Shown here: positions 1-14,496 of the stretch, in pieces
Numbering within the stretch: position 1 is the stretch's first letter
Layout: every line of letters begins with the position of its first letter
Source: Octopus sinensis
Lineage: Eukaryota
Length of the DNA stretch: 64,000 bases
Direction of reading: 5' to 3'
Assembly (NCBI RefSeq): GCF_006345805.1
Contig: NC_043000.1
Coordinates: 32,488,001 to 32,552,000 of the forward strand
Made by a program: the position numbers and the translations under genes
Notes under the pieces: model-generated
The model's input: only the letters and a program-made list of their open reading frames with translations
Told to the model about the DNA's origin: nothing
Databases searched by the model: none

Positions 1-839
1 TCGGATGGTGCTCTTAATACCCTACTAGCACAGGGCTCGAGTGCCAGTAAGGCGATGCTGGTAATGATCACGCTCGAATGGTGCCTTTTAAGTGCCAATG
101 GCACGGAAGCCAGTTAGCCGCTCTGTCAATGATCACACTCGTATGGTGCTCTTTGCACCCCGCTAGCACGGACACCAGTCATCGAATTTGATTTTGATTT
201 TTGATTATTATTCTTCTTCTTATTATTATTATTAAATAAAGTGGCAGGCTGGCAGAATTGTTGGCACACCGGATTAGTGACATTTCATCCGTCTTTACAT
301 TCTGAGTTCAAATTCTACCGAGGTCGACCTTGCTTTTCATCCTTTTGGGGTTGATTAAATAAGTACTTGTAGGCATGTGGAATTTTGCTATGCAAATATA
401 CTATAAAGTATATTAAATGTTTTTATAAGTCAACAATCATGTTCTACTGTGTTAGCAGTGCATTTTATATTATTTTGTTGAGGTTATTTCTATAATTTCT
501 GTAGAAATAACCTTAACAAAATAAGGACTTGTTGAGCAATGTACTCAACTAACACCCTCCCTTGCAATTGCTGGCCTTGTGCCAAAATATGAAGTTATCA
601 TACAAAGCTGTAATCTGGCAGAATTGTTAGCAAACCACGCAAAATGCTTAGGGATGTTTTATCACTTTTTACGTTCTGAGTTCAAATTACGCCAAGGTTG
701 ACTTTGCCTTTCATCCTTTTGGAGTCAACAAAAAGAGTACCAGTTGCACACTGAGGTCAATATAACTGACTTACTTCCAGCCCCCAAATTACTGGCCTTG
801 TGCCAAAATTTGAAACTATTGTAATTAAGGTGCATTTCA

Positions 840-1127
840 TTCTTTTATTCTTTTATTCTTTTGCTTGTTTCAGTCATTTTGGCTGTGACCATGCTGGAGC
901 ACCACCTTTTAGTCAAAGAAATCGACCCCTGGACTTATTCATTGTTAGCCTGGTACTTATTCTATCAGTCTCTTTTGCCAAACTTCTAAGTTACAGGAAC
1001 GTAAACATACCAACATCGGTTGTCAAGCAATGGTGAAGGGACAAACACAGACACAAACACACAAATACATACATACACACATACACACATACATACATAC
1101 ATACATACATACATACACACATACATA

Positions 1128-1160
<33 letters not shown>

Positions 1161-1164
1161 GTAT

Positions 1165-1213
<49 letters not shown>

Positions 1214-1241
1214 CATATACATATATAAATATATGTATATG

Positions 1242-1311
<70 letters not shown>

Positions 1312-1414
1312 TGCCTTGGGCAAGAATATACTTGCCCAATATACCACTCAGTGGGACTGAACTTGGAACCATGTGGTTGGGAAGCAAGCTTCTTACCACA
1401 CAGCCACACCTGTG
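840..1414 (-). mobile_element. SINE family B with an internal (TA/TG/TACA)n array; further copies at about 5230-5656, 8808-9202, 18470-18885, 24845-25300 (-) and 61648-62060 (+)
   Basis: tRNA-like head gtggctgtgtggtaagaagc...ggttcagtcccac, body ttgggcaagtgtcttctactatagcc, tail (gagtaaaa)n. Confidence 0.85.
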
Positions 1415-1565
1415 CTTTGTTCAATCTTATGTTATGTGTTTGATGAGGATGAATGAGTAAGAGAGGCAATCTTGAAAATCAACATGGAGGCCTTATTCCT
1501 TCATAATATTTGCACAGTAGTTCGGATTCAATGAAAACTTTAACAAGTTTTATAGACATTATTGA

Positions 1566-2060
1566 CATTATCTACATTTGTTGGATATTTGTCCTCATCT
1601 TGTTTGTTGTTATTACATTGTTTCGGCTGACATACCCTCCACCCCATGGGCATATAGTGTAGTGGTTAAGAGCACAGGCTACTAACCCCAAGATTCTCAG
1701 TTCGGTTCCAGGCAGTGACCTGAATAATGATAATAATAATAATTATAATATAATAATAATAATTTGTTCGTTTATTGGCCACAAGGGCTAACAAAAATCA
1801 AATAAAACAAAATACAGGACAAAAGTTACAAAAAGGGTTTTGTCCATTCGAAAAGTCCGTGTAAAAATAACAATGATAATAACAACATCGAAAAATACCT
1901 TCAGAATGAGAACCCAGGTTCGAAATTTCCCCAAGCCACCTGATAAAAGCTGAAAGGTATGTCAGCTGAAATGTTGTGTTAACAACAAACAAGATGAAGA
2001 CAAACATCTATCAAATGTAAATAATGTACATAATTCCTCATCTCTTAAATATAGAACTGA
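1566..2060 (+). mobile_element. tRNA-headed non-autonomous element with a hammerhead-like 3' region and an inverted copy of its tail at the 5' side (Penelope-like architecture)
   Basis: tRNA-like A/B boxes at about 1645-1720, (AAT)n, CTGATAA-stem-GAAA at 1940-1971. 1566-1640 is the reverse complement of about 1954-2027. Confidence 0.6.
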
Positions 2061-2892
2061 AGTTTTATAGGGTTGTTAGAGTTTCTCCAGCATTCTGGTG
2101 ATTAAGCTTAGTTCATCATTGGTTCTATGACTTTGTCGTGTGTCCATTCTTCTCTGGATGGTTGGTTCCTGCAACTCACCTCAATCACTTCTCTCACCTC
2201 CACTACCCAGTGAAATGTTTATTGGACCAATTTATGAAGAAAAATGGATTCCAGAACGCATACAGAAATTATTATTTAAAATATGTTACATCAACGTTGC
2301 TGATCGTTACCAACGTCGCTTCACTGGCACCTGTGCCGGTGGCACATGTAAAAAGATTCGAGTGAGGTCATTGCCAGTACCGCCTGACTGGCTCCTGTGC
2401 CGATGGCACGTAAAAAGCATCCACTACACCCTCGGAGTGGTTGGTGTTAGGAAGGGCATCCAGCTGTAGAAACTCTGCTGGATCAAGATTGGAGCCTGAT
2501 GCAGCCATCTGTTTCGCCAGCCCTCAGGCAAAATCGTCCAACCCATGCTAGTATGGAAAGTGGACGTTAAACGATGATGATGATGATGATGAAACATTAT
2601 TGGGTTTCCAACCCAATTCCTACACAACATGCAATTCATTACAATACAAGGCTCATAACTGGCCAAAAACTCATGTGATGGATAATTTAGCCAGTTGCCA
2701 CAAATTAGTGTGGGGAACCAAAAATTAATTGGTTGCTAAATATATAAACAAAACCAAACGATTCTTTTTTTGTTTTTTTATGCAACAACACATCTTGTTC
2801 TCACTACACTATTATTTTTATTCCTTCATAACACAGTCTAGGTAAAAATACACTGGAGTCTTTAGTCATCTGTCGAGTCACAACAAGGACCT

Positions 2893-3090
2893 CAGACAGA
2901 TAATACTTTCCTTAAGATGTGCGCTGTGCCCAATAAGGCTGCTTTTTGCAAGACATCAATCTTGCATGGGATTTCTAGTTGCCTTAAGAAGTTTTGAAGT
3001 TTCAATGGGATTGAGCCCAATGCTCTGATCACCACTGGTATTACTTTTACATTACACTCTCGCATTCCATATAGTCTTGCCATTTCCACT
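2893..3090 (-). mobile_element. R4/Dong-type non-LTR retrotransposon 3' fragment
   Basis: VIPVVIRALG...LQKAALLGTAHILRKVL, the typical C-terminus of RLE-bearing LINEs. Confidence 0.75.
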
Positions 3091-3177
3091 TCAGTTCGGA
3101 GTACTTGGTGATTTTTTCAATCTCTTTACTCACAACATTCATGTCATTTGGTATGACATGAATATTATTATATTATT

Positions 3178-3381
3178 AAGGGGGCAAGCTGGCAGAAATG
3201 TTAGCATGCCGGGAGAAATGCTTAGTGGTATCTTGTCTACTTTATGTTCTGAGTTCAAATTCCGCTGAGGTCAACTTTCCATTTTATCCTTCTAGGGTCG
3301 ATAAATTAAGTACCAGTTGCATACTGGGGTCGATCTAATTGACTGGCTTCCTGCCCCAAAATTTTGGGCCTTGTACCTAGA

Positions 3382-3416
<35 letters not shown>

Positions 3417-3700
3417 GGCAGTGAGCTGGTAGCATCATTAGCACACCAGGTGAAACGCTTAGTGGTATTTCATCTGTCGCTATCTTCTGAATTCAAATTC
3501 CACTGAGGTTGACTTTGCCTTACATCTTTTCAAGGTCAATAAATTAAGTACCAGTTGCGAACTGGGGCTGATACAATTGACTAGTCCCCCACCCCGCAAA
3601 ATTTCAGGCCTTGTGCCTTTAGTAGAAAGGGTTATTGCTATTAGTATTATTAAGGTGGTGAGCTGGCAGAATTGTTAGCATGCTGGATGAAATGCTTAGC
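3178..3700 (+). mobile_element. Three head-to-tail tRNA-derived SINEs (family A) separated by (ATT)n
   Basis: gagctggcagaa (A box), gagttcaaattcc (B box), core tttgcctttcatcctttcggggtcgataaattaagtaccag. Confidence 0.85.
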
Positions 3701-3701
3701 T

Positions 3702-4653
3702 AACTAATGATCAGGTTCAATGATATGTGAAAATTTGCTAAAAACTGTTGGCAAATCATCAAGATGCCCGTTTTTGGTGATGATAAATGGATCTATTTTC
3801 GTAACCCTAATAAGAGAAATCAGTGGCTTTGTTCTGGCAAGGCTTTAAAACTTGTCAGACAAAACTGGTTTGAACAGAAGGTCATGTTATGTGTTTGGTA
3901 GTGATGGTGGGGTGTTGCACTTTGAGCTTATCCCAGTTGGTCATGTTGTAAATGCTAAACTTTACATTCAGTAACTGCAGCAAGTGTACGATGCTTTGAA
4001 AGCCCTCTATCCAGCATTGGTCAATCCAAGATACACTCTCTTACAGCATGATAATGCCTCAGCACACATTGCCAATGTGACCGAGTGCAAACTTGAGGAA
4101 TATGAGGGGCTTGAAGTGCTGCCTCACCCTGCCTACAGCTCAGACCTTGCACCATCAGATTACCACCTTTTCTGAGCCATGGCTCATTTCCTGCTCAGAC
4201 AGAGGTCCAACAGTATGCACAAGGTAGAAAACAGGTGCAAGAAGTTTTTTGCCTCAAAATGGTATAAGCAGTGAGCTGACAGAAACGTTAGCATGCCGGG
4301 CGAAATGCGTAGCCGTATTTCGTCTGCCGTTACGTTCTGAGTTCAAATTCTGCCGAGGTTGACTTTGCCTTTCATCCTTTCGAGGTCGTTTAAATTAAGT
4401 ACCAGTTACGCACTGGGGTCGATATAATCAACTTAATCCGTTTGTCTGTCCTTGTTTGTCCTCTCTGTGTTTAGCCCCTTGTGGGTAATAAAGAAATAGG
4501 TATAAGCATGGAATCGAGTTTCTGGCACAACATTGGCAATAGGCAATAAAGTATGATGGGGTACATTTTGATGAATAAATGCTTTCCATATGTAATTTGT
4601 TTGAACTATTAATTAAAGCTTAAATATGAAAAAAACTTTGGCACAACCTAATA
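3702..4653 (+). mobile_element. Decayed mariner transposon, 5'-truncated, interrupted by a SINE
   Basis: GDDKWIY, QHDNA and PHPAYSSDLAPSDYHLF motifs (35 residues between the last two Asp in this copy), internal stops, TIR-like end ...ggcacaaccta-ata. Confidence 0.9.
4271..4498 (+). mobile_element. SINE family A with a 10-bp TSD (ggtataagca at 4261-4270 and 4499-4508)
   Basis: Full-length copy flanked by direct repeats. Confidence 0.9.
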
Positions 4654-4813
4654 TTCTGTAACAAAACAATATTGATCTTTGTACCCACTACACTCACGGA
4701 GTGTTTGGCGTTAGGAAGGGCATCCAGCTGTAGAAACACTGCCAGATCAGACTGGAGCCTGGTGCAGCCTCCTGGCTTCCCAGACCCCGGTCGAACCGTC
4801 CAACCCATGCTAG

Positions 4814-5215
<402 letters not shown>

Positions 5216-6377
5216 TGACATAGATAATCTTTACTCTTTATACTCTTTTACTCTTTTACTTGTTTCAGTCAGTTGACTGTGGCCATGCTGGAGTACCGCC
5301 TTTAGTCGAACAACTTGACCCTGGGACTTATTCTTTGTAAGCCCAGTACTTATTCTATCAGTCTCTTTTGCTGAACCACTAAGTGACGGAGACATAAACA
5401 CACCAGCATCGGTTGTCAAACAATGCTAGGGGGACAAACACACACACACAAACATACACACATACACACATATATATATATATACATATATATATGACGG
5501 GCTTCTTTCAGTTTCCGTCTACCGAATCCACTCACAAGGCTTTGGTCGGCCCGAGGCTATAGTAGAAGACACTTGCCCAAGGTGCCATGCAGTGGGACTG
5601 AACCCGGAACCATGTGGTTGGTAAGCAAGCTACTTACCACACAGCCACTCCTGTGCCTGGATCATAAAATAAACCCAAGCATTTCAGAGCAGATATGAGG
5701 CTGCCTCTGTGTGGTTATATTGTCAACTTCCATGTAAACCTGTATTTGTATATGAAAGTGTTGTATTTATTTTGTCAACTATTTTATAAATACATATACA
5801 CAAATAAACTTGCATATCATCCTGTAACTTGATATTGGTCTTTGCATTTATCTGAAGGTCTATATGTAAATGTCAACCAGGTTTCATATTAGCTTACCTG
5901 TCTCATTGTTTATATATTTTATTCTTTTCTCTGTATCTACGTATCATTTCATGAGTTTTATTTTCACATATGTACATACGATGAACATATACCCATGTAG
6001 AATACACCTAGTTCGGCTCAAAACGTTTAAACTTGAGTGGGTGGAGGAGTAAATGTAATGATAAGGAAGTTAGAAAGGCTGATATACAAAGAATATTTAA
6101 TACATTAAATGCAAAAAATGCATGTTTAGATACAAAAAGGTCCAGCTTACACAGAATAGAAATGATATCAAAAATTAAAGAGGTTCAAGAAAAGTGTAAC
6201 AAACCCAACAGCTGTTTCTGGGGGCTCAGTGGTCCAAAATAATGATGGTAAATTGATTCCAACGTTGGATGAAATGAACCTCCATCTTCAGGGAAGAAAT
6301 CTTACATTTGCGATGTTGACAGTAAGGAAATAAATCTCCTTACTATCAACATCTCAGAACATGTTTGGCCATGGAAA

Positions 6378-6458
<81 letters not shown>
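6378..6458. repeat. (AAT)n microsatellite, about 27 units
   Basis: Direct reading. Confidence 0.97.
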
Positions 6459-6459
<1 letters not shown>

Positions 6460-7195
6460 GCTTGTTCGGTAACAGGTGAGGGATGGCAACAAGAAGGTCA
6501 TCTGGTCATAGAAAATCTGCCTCAATGAACTCTGTCCGAGCCAAGCAAGCATGGAAGTGTGGACATTAAAATGATGAATATAGTTTCCATTGTCTATATT
6601 TGAGGTACTTTCCAGTGCCCCAGAGCCACAGATGTTATACAGAGTGTATTAGCAGTAGTAGAATGGGGGCATGTGTTGTAACAGCTGCTTCACTGTATCC
6701 ACCATTTGTTGGTGGTTCCCTTCTACATTTGGCAGATAACATCTTTGCTCCACTCAAGTGACAACCCTCCAATCCAATGCTGGTTTTACGAGGTCAGAGT
6801 GCGAATCCTACCCCAACCTTTTTTAGTTGCCTTTTATGACAGACATCGGAAATGTTGGGTCTAATTCATTGACAAGCCTGTCTCCCACACAGCAATGTGT
6901 ATTGAAGAAGGTAAATTAAATGAAACTATCTTGGCATTAGGAAGGGCATCCAGCTGTAGAAACTCTGCCAAATCAAGATTAGAGCCTGGTGCAGCCATCT
7001 GGTTTGCCAGCCCTCAGTCAAAATCGTCCACCCATGCTAGCATGGAAAGTGGATGTTAAACGATGATGATGATGATTAAAATAGATTGTTTTTTTTTTTA
7101 ATTTGTATAATTTCGATATTTATTTATTATTGATCCCTGTGCATTTAATTATGAGTTTAACTAAATGTTTTGTCTTTTTTTCCTCTGGCTTACAG

Positions 7196-7390
7196 ATGCT
7201 CCATCATGACCACATTGTGAATTTAATTGAAGTTTTCAAAAGACGGAAAAGGTTTTACTTAGTATTTGAATTCATTGATCACACTATTTTGAATGAAATT
7301 GATAAATTTCCTCACGGCATTGATGAGTTGACAGCTCGTAAAATTCTATGGCAAGTTTTAAAAGGAATTGAATTTTTTCATGCACATAAT
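7196..7390 (+). CDS. CDKL2: CDKL2/3-like kinase exon 2 (MLHHDHIVNLIEVF...EFFHAHN)
   Basis: tacag| acceptor, AAT|gtaagc donor, 195 nt, phase 0-0, LVFEFIDHT hinge. Confidence 0.95.
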
Positions 7391-7628
7391 GTAAGCAAAG
7401 TTATTTGATGTTTTTTTTTTGTGTGTGTGTGTGTTGTTATTATATGCATTGATTGGGCTAAATACACGGCACAGAAGGGTAGAATGCCAGACATGATGTG
7501 ATATGAAGGCACAAAGTGAGAGGACAATTTCTTGGTAGGGAACTGACAATAATATCACTTGTAGTGACGTTTATAGAGGATAGATTTAAATACACACACA
7601 CGCATGCGCGCGCACACACACGCACGCA

Positions 7629-7688
<60 letters not shown>

Positions 7689-9656
7689 GATGAGATTCTT
7701 TCAGTTTCCATCTATCAAATTCACTTACAAGGCTTTGGTTGGCCTCAGGCTACAGGTGTAAGATGCAGGTGTCACTAAGTAGGACCGAAACCAAAACCAT
7801 GTGGTTTGAAGTGAAATGTTTAATCATACAGCCAAGATGGCACCTCTGTCATTCACTGTTACCAAATAAATAAAGTGAGTCTATTACTATATTATTGAAT
7901 ATTATTAGCAGATTATCTGAGATTATTACCAGATCATTTGGCATGTTCTGTCTGACCCTTTTTCTGCTACCAAATTCTTAGCCATTTATCATTATTAACT
8001 TGATCCTTTCTTTGATCTAGATAGTTTAGGAGTTTTATTATCTTCTCCAGACATCTTGACTGCACTTATAACCAGTATCTCTGTCTTTCTTCCTCTCTCT
8101 CTCTTTATCACACCAGTAAAATGAAACTAAAATTCCTTTCCTTACCAGCTGTACATCGAACAATGTACTTAATATACATGCAGTTCTCAGTTTGGCACTG
8201 CTTAGCAACTGAAGTTGATAACCAACAATGGGTTAATTTACTTTTTTTCTTCTGATGATCTGATGTTCTGCAGTGATTACACCATATTCTATGCAATGAT
8301 CACTGCATGACATACTAATATCTGCTAGTGAAACATGTGTAAAGATTATGTAATTTATGATGTTATGATAAAAATTTTAAGTGAATTTCTTCTTTTATTC
8401 TGTTCTCAGATATACATTCTGTAATTTATTCCAATGTATAATTATACAAAAAAAAAAGAAAAATATCTGAGGATAAATTATATTTAATACCTAATTGCCC
8501 ATTGAGTATAAATGGATTTACACGGAACTCTGTCTATAGTTAATTGTTATGCCATTTCATTCGAAATAGCAACTTTCAAGGCATACACATGTATATATAT
8601 GTGTATGAGGTGGTATCAAAAAGGTTCATGGATTAGTTATGTTTAACATCATCTCTTTCAAAATAATCACTTTGCATAGCAATACACTGATCCTAGGATT
8701 CTTGCCATTAGACATTCCAAAATACTATTAAATTTCATTCAGTTTTAAAAAAGGTAAAATCAGACAGAACTAATGGGATGACCTGATACATATTTATATA
8801 TATATATACTCTTTTACTCTTTTACTCTTTTACATGTTTCAGTCATATGACTGCGGCCATGCTGGAGCACCGCCTTTAGTCGAGCAACTCGACCTCGGGA
8901 CTTATTCTTTGTAAGCCCAGTACTTATTCTATCGGTCTCTTTTACCGAACCGCTAAGTGACGGGGACGTAAACACACCAGCATCGGTTGTCAAGCAATGT
9001 TAGGGGCACAAACACAGACACATACATATATATATACATATATACGACAGGCTTCTTTCAGTTTCCGTCTACCAAATCCACTCACAAGGCATTGGTCGGC
9101 CCGGGGCTATAGCAGAAGACACTTGCCCAAGATGCCACGCAGTGGGACTGAACCCGGAACCATGTGGCTGGTTAGCAAGCTACTTACCACACAGCCACTC
9201 CTGATCTACTTCTCACTCTCTCTTTATATATAATTTTAAGAACCAAGTATCTGTTATTACCAAGTGTTTTGAAATGTAATATTATTGACACTCTAATAAA
9301 TTAGTTATCTTCCATTCACCATCCATTCATCCAGCCATGTATTGCTTCATCCATCCATTCATCCATCCATCCATCCAGCCAGCCAGCCATCTAGCCAGCC
9401 ATTTATCTATTCATCTCTTCAGCCATTAGGTTGGACATCTCAGCAAGTTAGATACCTCTGTCCCAATAAGCCTGAGTAATTAGGGTTCACTCTTATAACA
9501 TAAATGAGTAATTAACACTAATAAGGTCATTAAGGTAGAAAATATACTAAAATGTTTACATTTCAAAATTTTGAACCAAAATACACTCCAAGCAAATATA
9601 AAAAAAAAAAATAGATGTAAAAATCAATAAAATCAATTTCCCAAATGTTCTTGTAG

Positions 9657-9941
<285 letters not shown>

Positions 9942-10173
9942 TAGCCACAGCAGCAGCATTTAATGCCTACTTTCTGATGCATGCTTTGGTTGGATGAAAT
10001 TTGTTTAGATGGATTTTCTATGGCCATTTGTCCTTCTTGTCACTACCCCTCAGGGAATATTTCTCTACAGCTAGACACCACTTGCATGATGGCAGCACCC
10101 ATTTACAACTGTTGTGCGATGTCAAGGCAACAGAACAATAACATTCACACACATACATTCATGCATACATATA

Positions 10174-11043
10174 TACAGGGTGCTATATATATATCAAAAT
10201 TATGCAAAAATGAAAATAACACTGACATCTCATTTTAGCAGATATATTTACCAAAATTACATAAAAATATCTTGGAATACCAAAGAGTAAATTTATTCAT
10301 TAAAATTGCCACTGGCTTCAACCAGGGTCTCCATACAACTTCGGAATCTCCTGCAACTCTTTGTTTAAGTTGGTGAATGCTGTCATAATCCTTGCCTCCA
10401 GGTCGTCTTTGGTGTTACAAAGAGTTTTGTTGGTCTCTCACTCAACTGTGCCCCACATGTAATAATCAAAGGGGTTGCAATCTGGGGAGTTAGCTGGCCC
10501 GATGTTAGGGGTGATGTGGTCACAGAAATTATCTGACAACCATGAATGGGTTCTCCTACTTGTATGGCATGGTACAGAGTCCTGTTGCTAGCGATAGGGT
10601 CTTCCAGCAGCCACCCTCTTGACTCAGGGCAGCACTGCCTCCTCCAGGCACTTGAAGTAGGCCTCTGTGTTGAGTCTGAGGTCATGTAGGAAGATGAACG
10701 GAGGCATATCACCATCACTGGTGATTACTCCAAACACCAGGAGGTTGACTGGATGTTTGATTTTTATCACTCTCAGTACATGTCCTTAGATTGCACTGTC
10801 TTCAGATTGACACCCAAACACTCTGAAATGTTCATATTGGAGCTTCCGGTGTGAATCCCAAACAGTACAGAATGTCATTTCCAAATTTCTGGCAGGGTGA
10901 ATTGTGTCATGGTGCTGTTTCTCTCACAGACGGTACCCAACTGACCCTACTATACTGTGTAGTCGATAAAATCAAAAACAAACAATGCACATGTGTGAAA
11001 TTAAAAATATAAAATGGTGACAATTTACCCATCGCACCCTGTA
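10174..11043 (-). mobile_element. Decayed DD37D (maT-type) Tc1/mariner element
   Basis: TA-CAGGGTG at both ends. Minus strand reads QQDSVPCH...NSPDCNPFDYYMWG with 37 residues between the Asp residues; internal stops. Confidence 0.85.
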
Positions 11044-11061
11044 TATATATATATATATATA

Positions 11062-11127
<66 letters not shown>

Positions 11128-11267
11128 AATCTATCTATCTCTCTATATGTATGTACTTTAGGGTTAACCCTACTCTATTTGTTTTTGCCCTCCCCCACTC
11201 AAAAAGAAAAACTCTACATTGTATTTGTCCCCTTCTATGTTGACTTGTGTGGCCAATAAAGTTATCG

Positions 11268-11298
<31 letters not shown>

Positions 11299-12522
11299 TA
11301 TATATATCATCCTCATCATCATCATCATTTAACGTCCGCTTTTCATGCTAGCATGGGTTGGACGATTTGACTGAGGTCTGGCAGAGTTTCTACGGCTGGA
11401 TGCCCTTCCTAATGCCAATCACTCCGAGAGTGTAATGGGTGCTTTTACGTGCTGCACACCATTTGAGTGTGATTGTTACCACATCGCCTTACTAGCACTT
11501 GTGCTGGTGGCACATGAAACATTCGAGCGAGGTCGTCGTCAGTGCCGCTGGACTGGCTCCTGTGCAGGTGGCACGTAAAAAGCACTAAATGGGCATGGCC
11601 GTTGACAGTACCACCAAACTGGCCCCCATGCCGGTGGCACGTAAAAGCACCCACTACACTCATGGAGTGGTTGGCGTTAGGAAGGGCATCCAGCTGTAGA
11701 AACTATATATACATATCTGCCAGATCAGATATGTATATATATATATATATATATGTATGAATGTATGTATGTATGCATGTATGCATGTTTGCATGTATGT
11801 ATATGTGCGAATGTTTCTCTTTCATTGCCTTTGCTTTGCATGACAATTGTAAACGTGTGTGTTGCCATCATGAAAGTGGTGTCCAGCCATGGTGAAATAT
11901 TCCCTGAGGGAAGGTGACAGGAAGGACAGTTGGTCATAGAAAATCCATCTAAATTAATTTCATCCAATCAAAGCAAGCATCAAAAAGTAGGCATTAAAGG
12001 CTCAATAAACTTCAAAAGGTGGGCATGAGATGATGATGGTGATGGTTAGAGGTTCTATCATGTTGGAATATTGTGAAGACTGGTTAAAAAGTAGAACCAG
12101 CATCTGTGTTTTATCTTGAAGTAAGCGTCACCATTCATGGTATTGATGTCTTCAACAATATAAATAAGAACAATGACTGGAGATTTTCAATGAAATCCTT
12201 CAAATAAAGAATTATTTTAGAAAGAATAACCATTGATGTCTCAACTGTATTTGTATCATGAAATGTTAGATTTTTGTATTTTTAAAAGACAACTACATTC
12301 TGGACTTTGTCTCATGTGTCTCATTAGAAAAATACAGTGTGTTTATATAACACAGACAGACAGACACACACACACACACACACACACAACAAAAATATGT
12401 GGGTGATGTCCTACTTATCTATCATCTGTTTGCATGTGTATTTGTGCATATACATATTTGTGTATGTACATATATATATATATGCATATGTATATGTGTA
12501 ATATATACATATACATATATAT

Positions 12523-12576
<54 letters not shown>

Positions 12577-13553
12577 GGCTGTGTGGTTAGGGAGCTTGCT
12601 TCTTAACTACATGGTTTCGGGTTCAGTCCCACTGCGTGGCACTTTGGGTAGGTGTCTTCCACTATAGCCCCGAGCCAACCGAAGCTTTGTGATTGAATTC
12701 GGTAGGCGGGAGTTACTGCCGTGTGTGTATGTGCGCGTATAGCTGCTCAGTGCCTCTCCGGAAGAGAGAGAGGGATATATATATATATATCATCATCATC
12801 ATCATCATCATCATCATCGTTTAACACCCGTTTTCCGCATACATATATACACACACACACATATATATGTATATATATATATACATGCATGTATATATAC
12901 ATACATACATCATCATCATCATCATCATTTAACGTTTGCTTTCCATGCTAGCATGGCTTGGACGATTTGACTGAGGTCTGGCGAACCAGACTCCGATCTG
13001 ATCTGGCAGAGTTTCTACAGCTGGATGCCCTTCCTAATGCCAACCACTCCAAGAGTGTAGTGGGTGCTTTTATGTGCCACCGGCATGAGGGCCAGTTTGG
13101 TGGTATTGGCAATGGCCACATCCAAATGGTGCTTTTACGTGCCACCTGCACAGGAGCCAGTCCAGTGGCACTGGCAACGTCCTAGCTCGAATGTTTCACA
13201 TGCCACCAGCACAAGTGCTAGTAAGGTGATGCTGTAACGATCACGCTCGAATGGTGTGTTTAACGTGCCATCGGCACGAAGGACAGTTTGTTGCTCAGGC
13301 AACGATCTCACTCGTATGGTACTCTTAGCGCTCCACTAGCAATGGATGCTGCTCACCGATATATATAAGGCAAGCTGGTAGAAACGTTAGCACACCGGGC
13401 GAAATGCTTAGCAATATTTCGACTGTCTTTACGCTCTGAATTCAAATTCCACTGAGGTCGACTTTGCCTTTCATCAACTGGCCCCACTCCCCCAAAATTT
13501 CAGGCCTTGTGCCTAGAGTAGAAAAGAATATATATGTGTGTGTGTGTGTGTGT

Positions 13554-13593
<40 letters not shown>

Positions 13594-13895
13594 GGATCTA
13601 CAAGAAAATTTAAATAGGGTGTAATGGCAGTCAACCCTTTTTCCACTGACATTATCACCATGAGTGAAAGAAATCTGAAAGTGTTGTGATGTTTATATTT
13701 TTCCAAGATTCATAAGCAGCATAAAATGTCACAATTTCAACTGGGAATCAAAATTAGATAATGGTACTCAGATTGCGAAGAACTTGAAGTTACCATTCTT
13801 AAATTAATAATGGGTGATATTGGACAAAAATGACTATAGTTATATTTATGTGTGTATGCAGCTTGGCAGTCTTTAATGACATATTTTTTTTACAG

Positions 13896-14008
13896 AGCTG
13901 TTGATATATGGGCTGTTGGTTGTATTGTTGCCGAGATCTTATGTGGAGATCCTCTCTTCCCTGGAGATTCAGATTTAGATCAGATTTACCAAATCATCAG
14001 ATGTTTAG
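13896..14008 (+). CDS. CDKL2: CDKL2/3-like kinase exon 4 (AVDIWAVGC...[19 protein letters not shown])
   Basis: tacag| acceptor, G|gtaagg donor, 113 nt, phase 2-1, subdomain IX DIWAVG. Confidence 0.95.
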
Positions 14009-14496
14009 GTAAGGTTTTCATTCGTATTCTTTTCATTTATTATCATTCAACTCTTTTGCTGGCCCAAATATTCTACTTGTTTTCTGTTCACGTTGGCCAG
14101 ATCTGGCCTTTCACACTTGTCTTTAAATGCCATTCTAAATAATAGATAATCACATCATTGAGATAATGCAAGATTAATTCAAAACAATTCATTTGTGTCC
14201 CTTTATACCTTTAATCTTTCAACTGGCACAAAGTTACCCCTCTCAGTACCACTCCCCACTCCCAGTTGAAGGGGATTTGCTCCTTTTTCTTTTTTTGTAT
14301 TACAAGGAACTTGCCGATGCTGGTTTGTTTGTTTGTTTGTTTGTTGAGCGAAGTACAATTTGTAAGTGGAACAGTAAATATATGCAAGACTTTTTTCAGG
14401 TTTAAAATGTGACATTGTTTCAGTTATCTCCATTCCAATGATGGAGCTTTATATCTTTGTTAGAAACCAGTTCCTTTCTCGAGGGAAGAATTTTGG

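Noticed and set aside
986-1469. Six overlapping ORFs of 78-148 aa rich in YI/HT/CV
   Set aside because: Translations of stop-free dinucleotide microsatellites inside a SINE. The same applies at 7458-7761, 16047-16516, 25170-25788 and 55518-56059.
1645-1720. tRNA gene; also about 27160-27230 and the heads of SINE families A and B
   Set aside because: A/B boxes are present but there is no complete cloverleaf or acceptor stem, and each continues into a repeat body. These are SINE heads.
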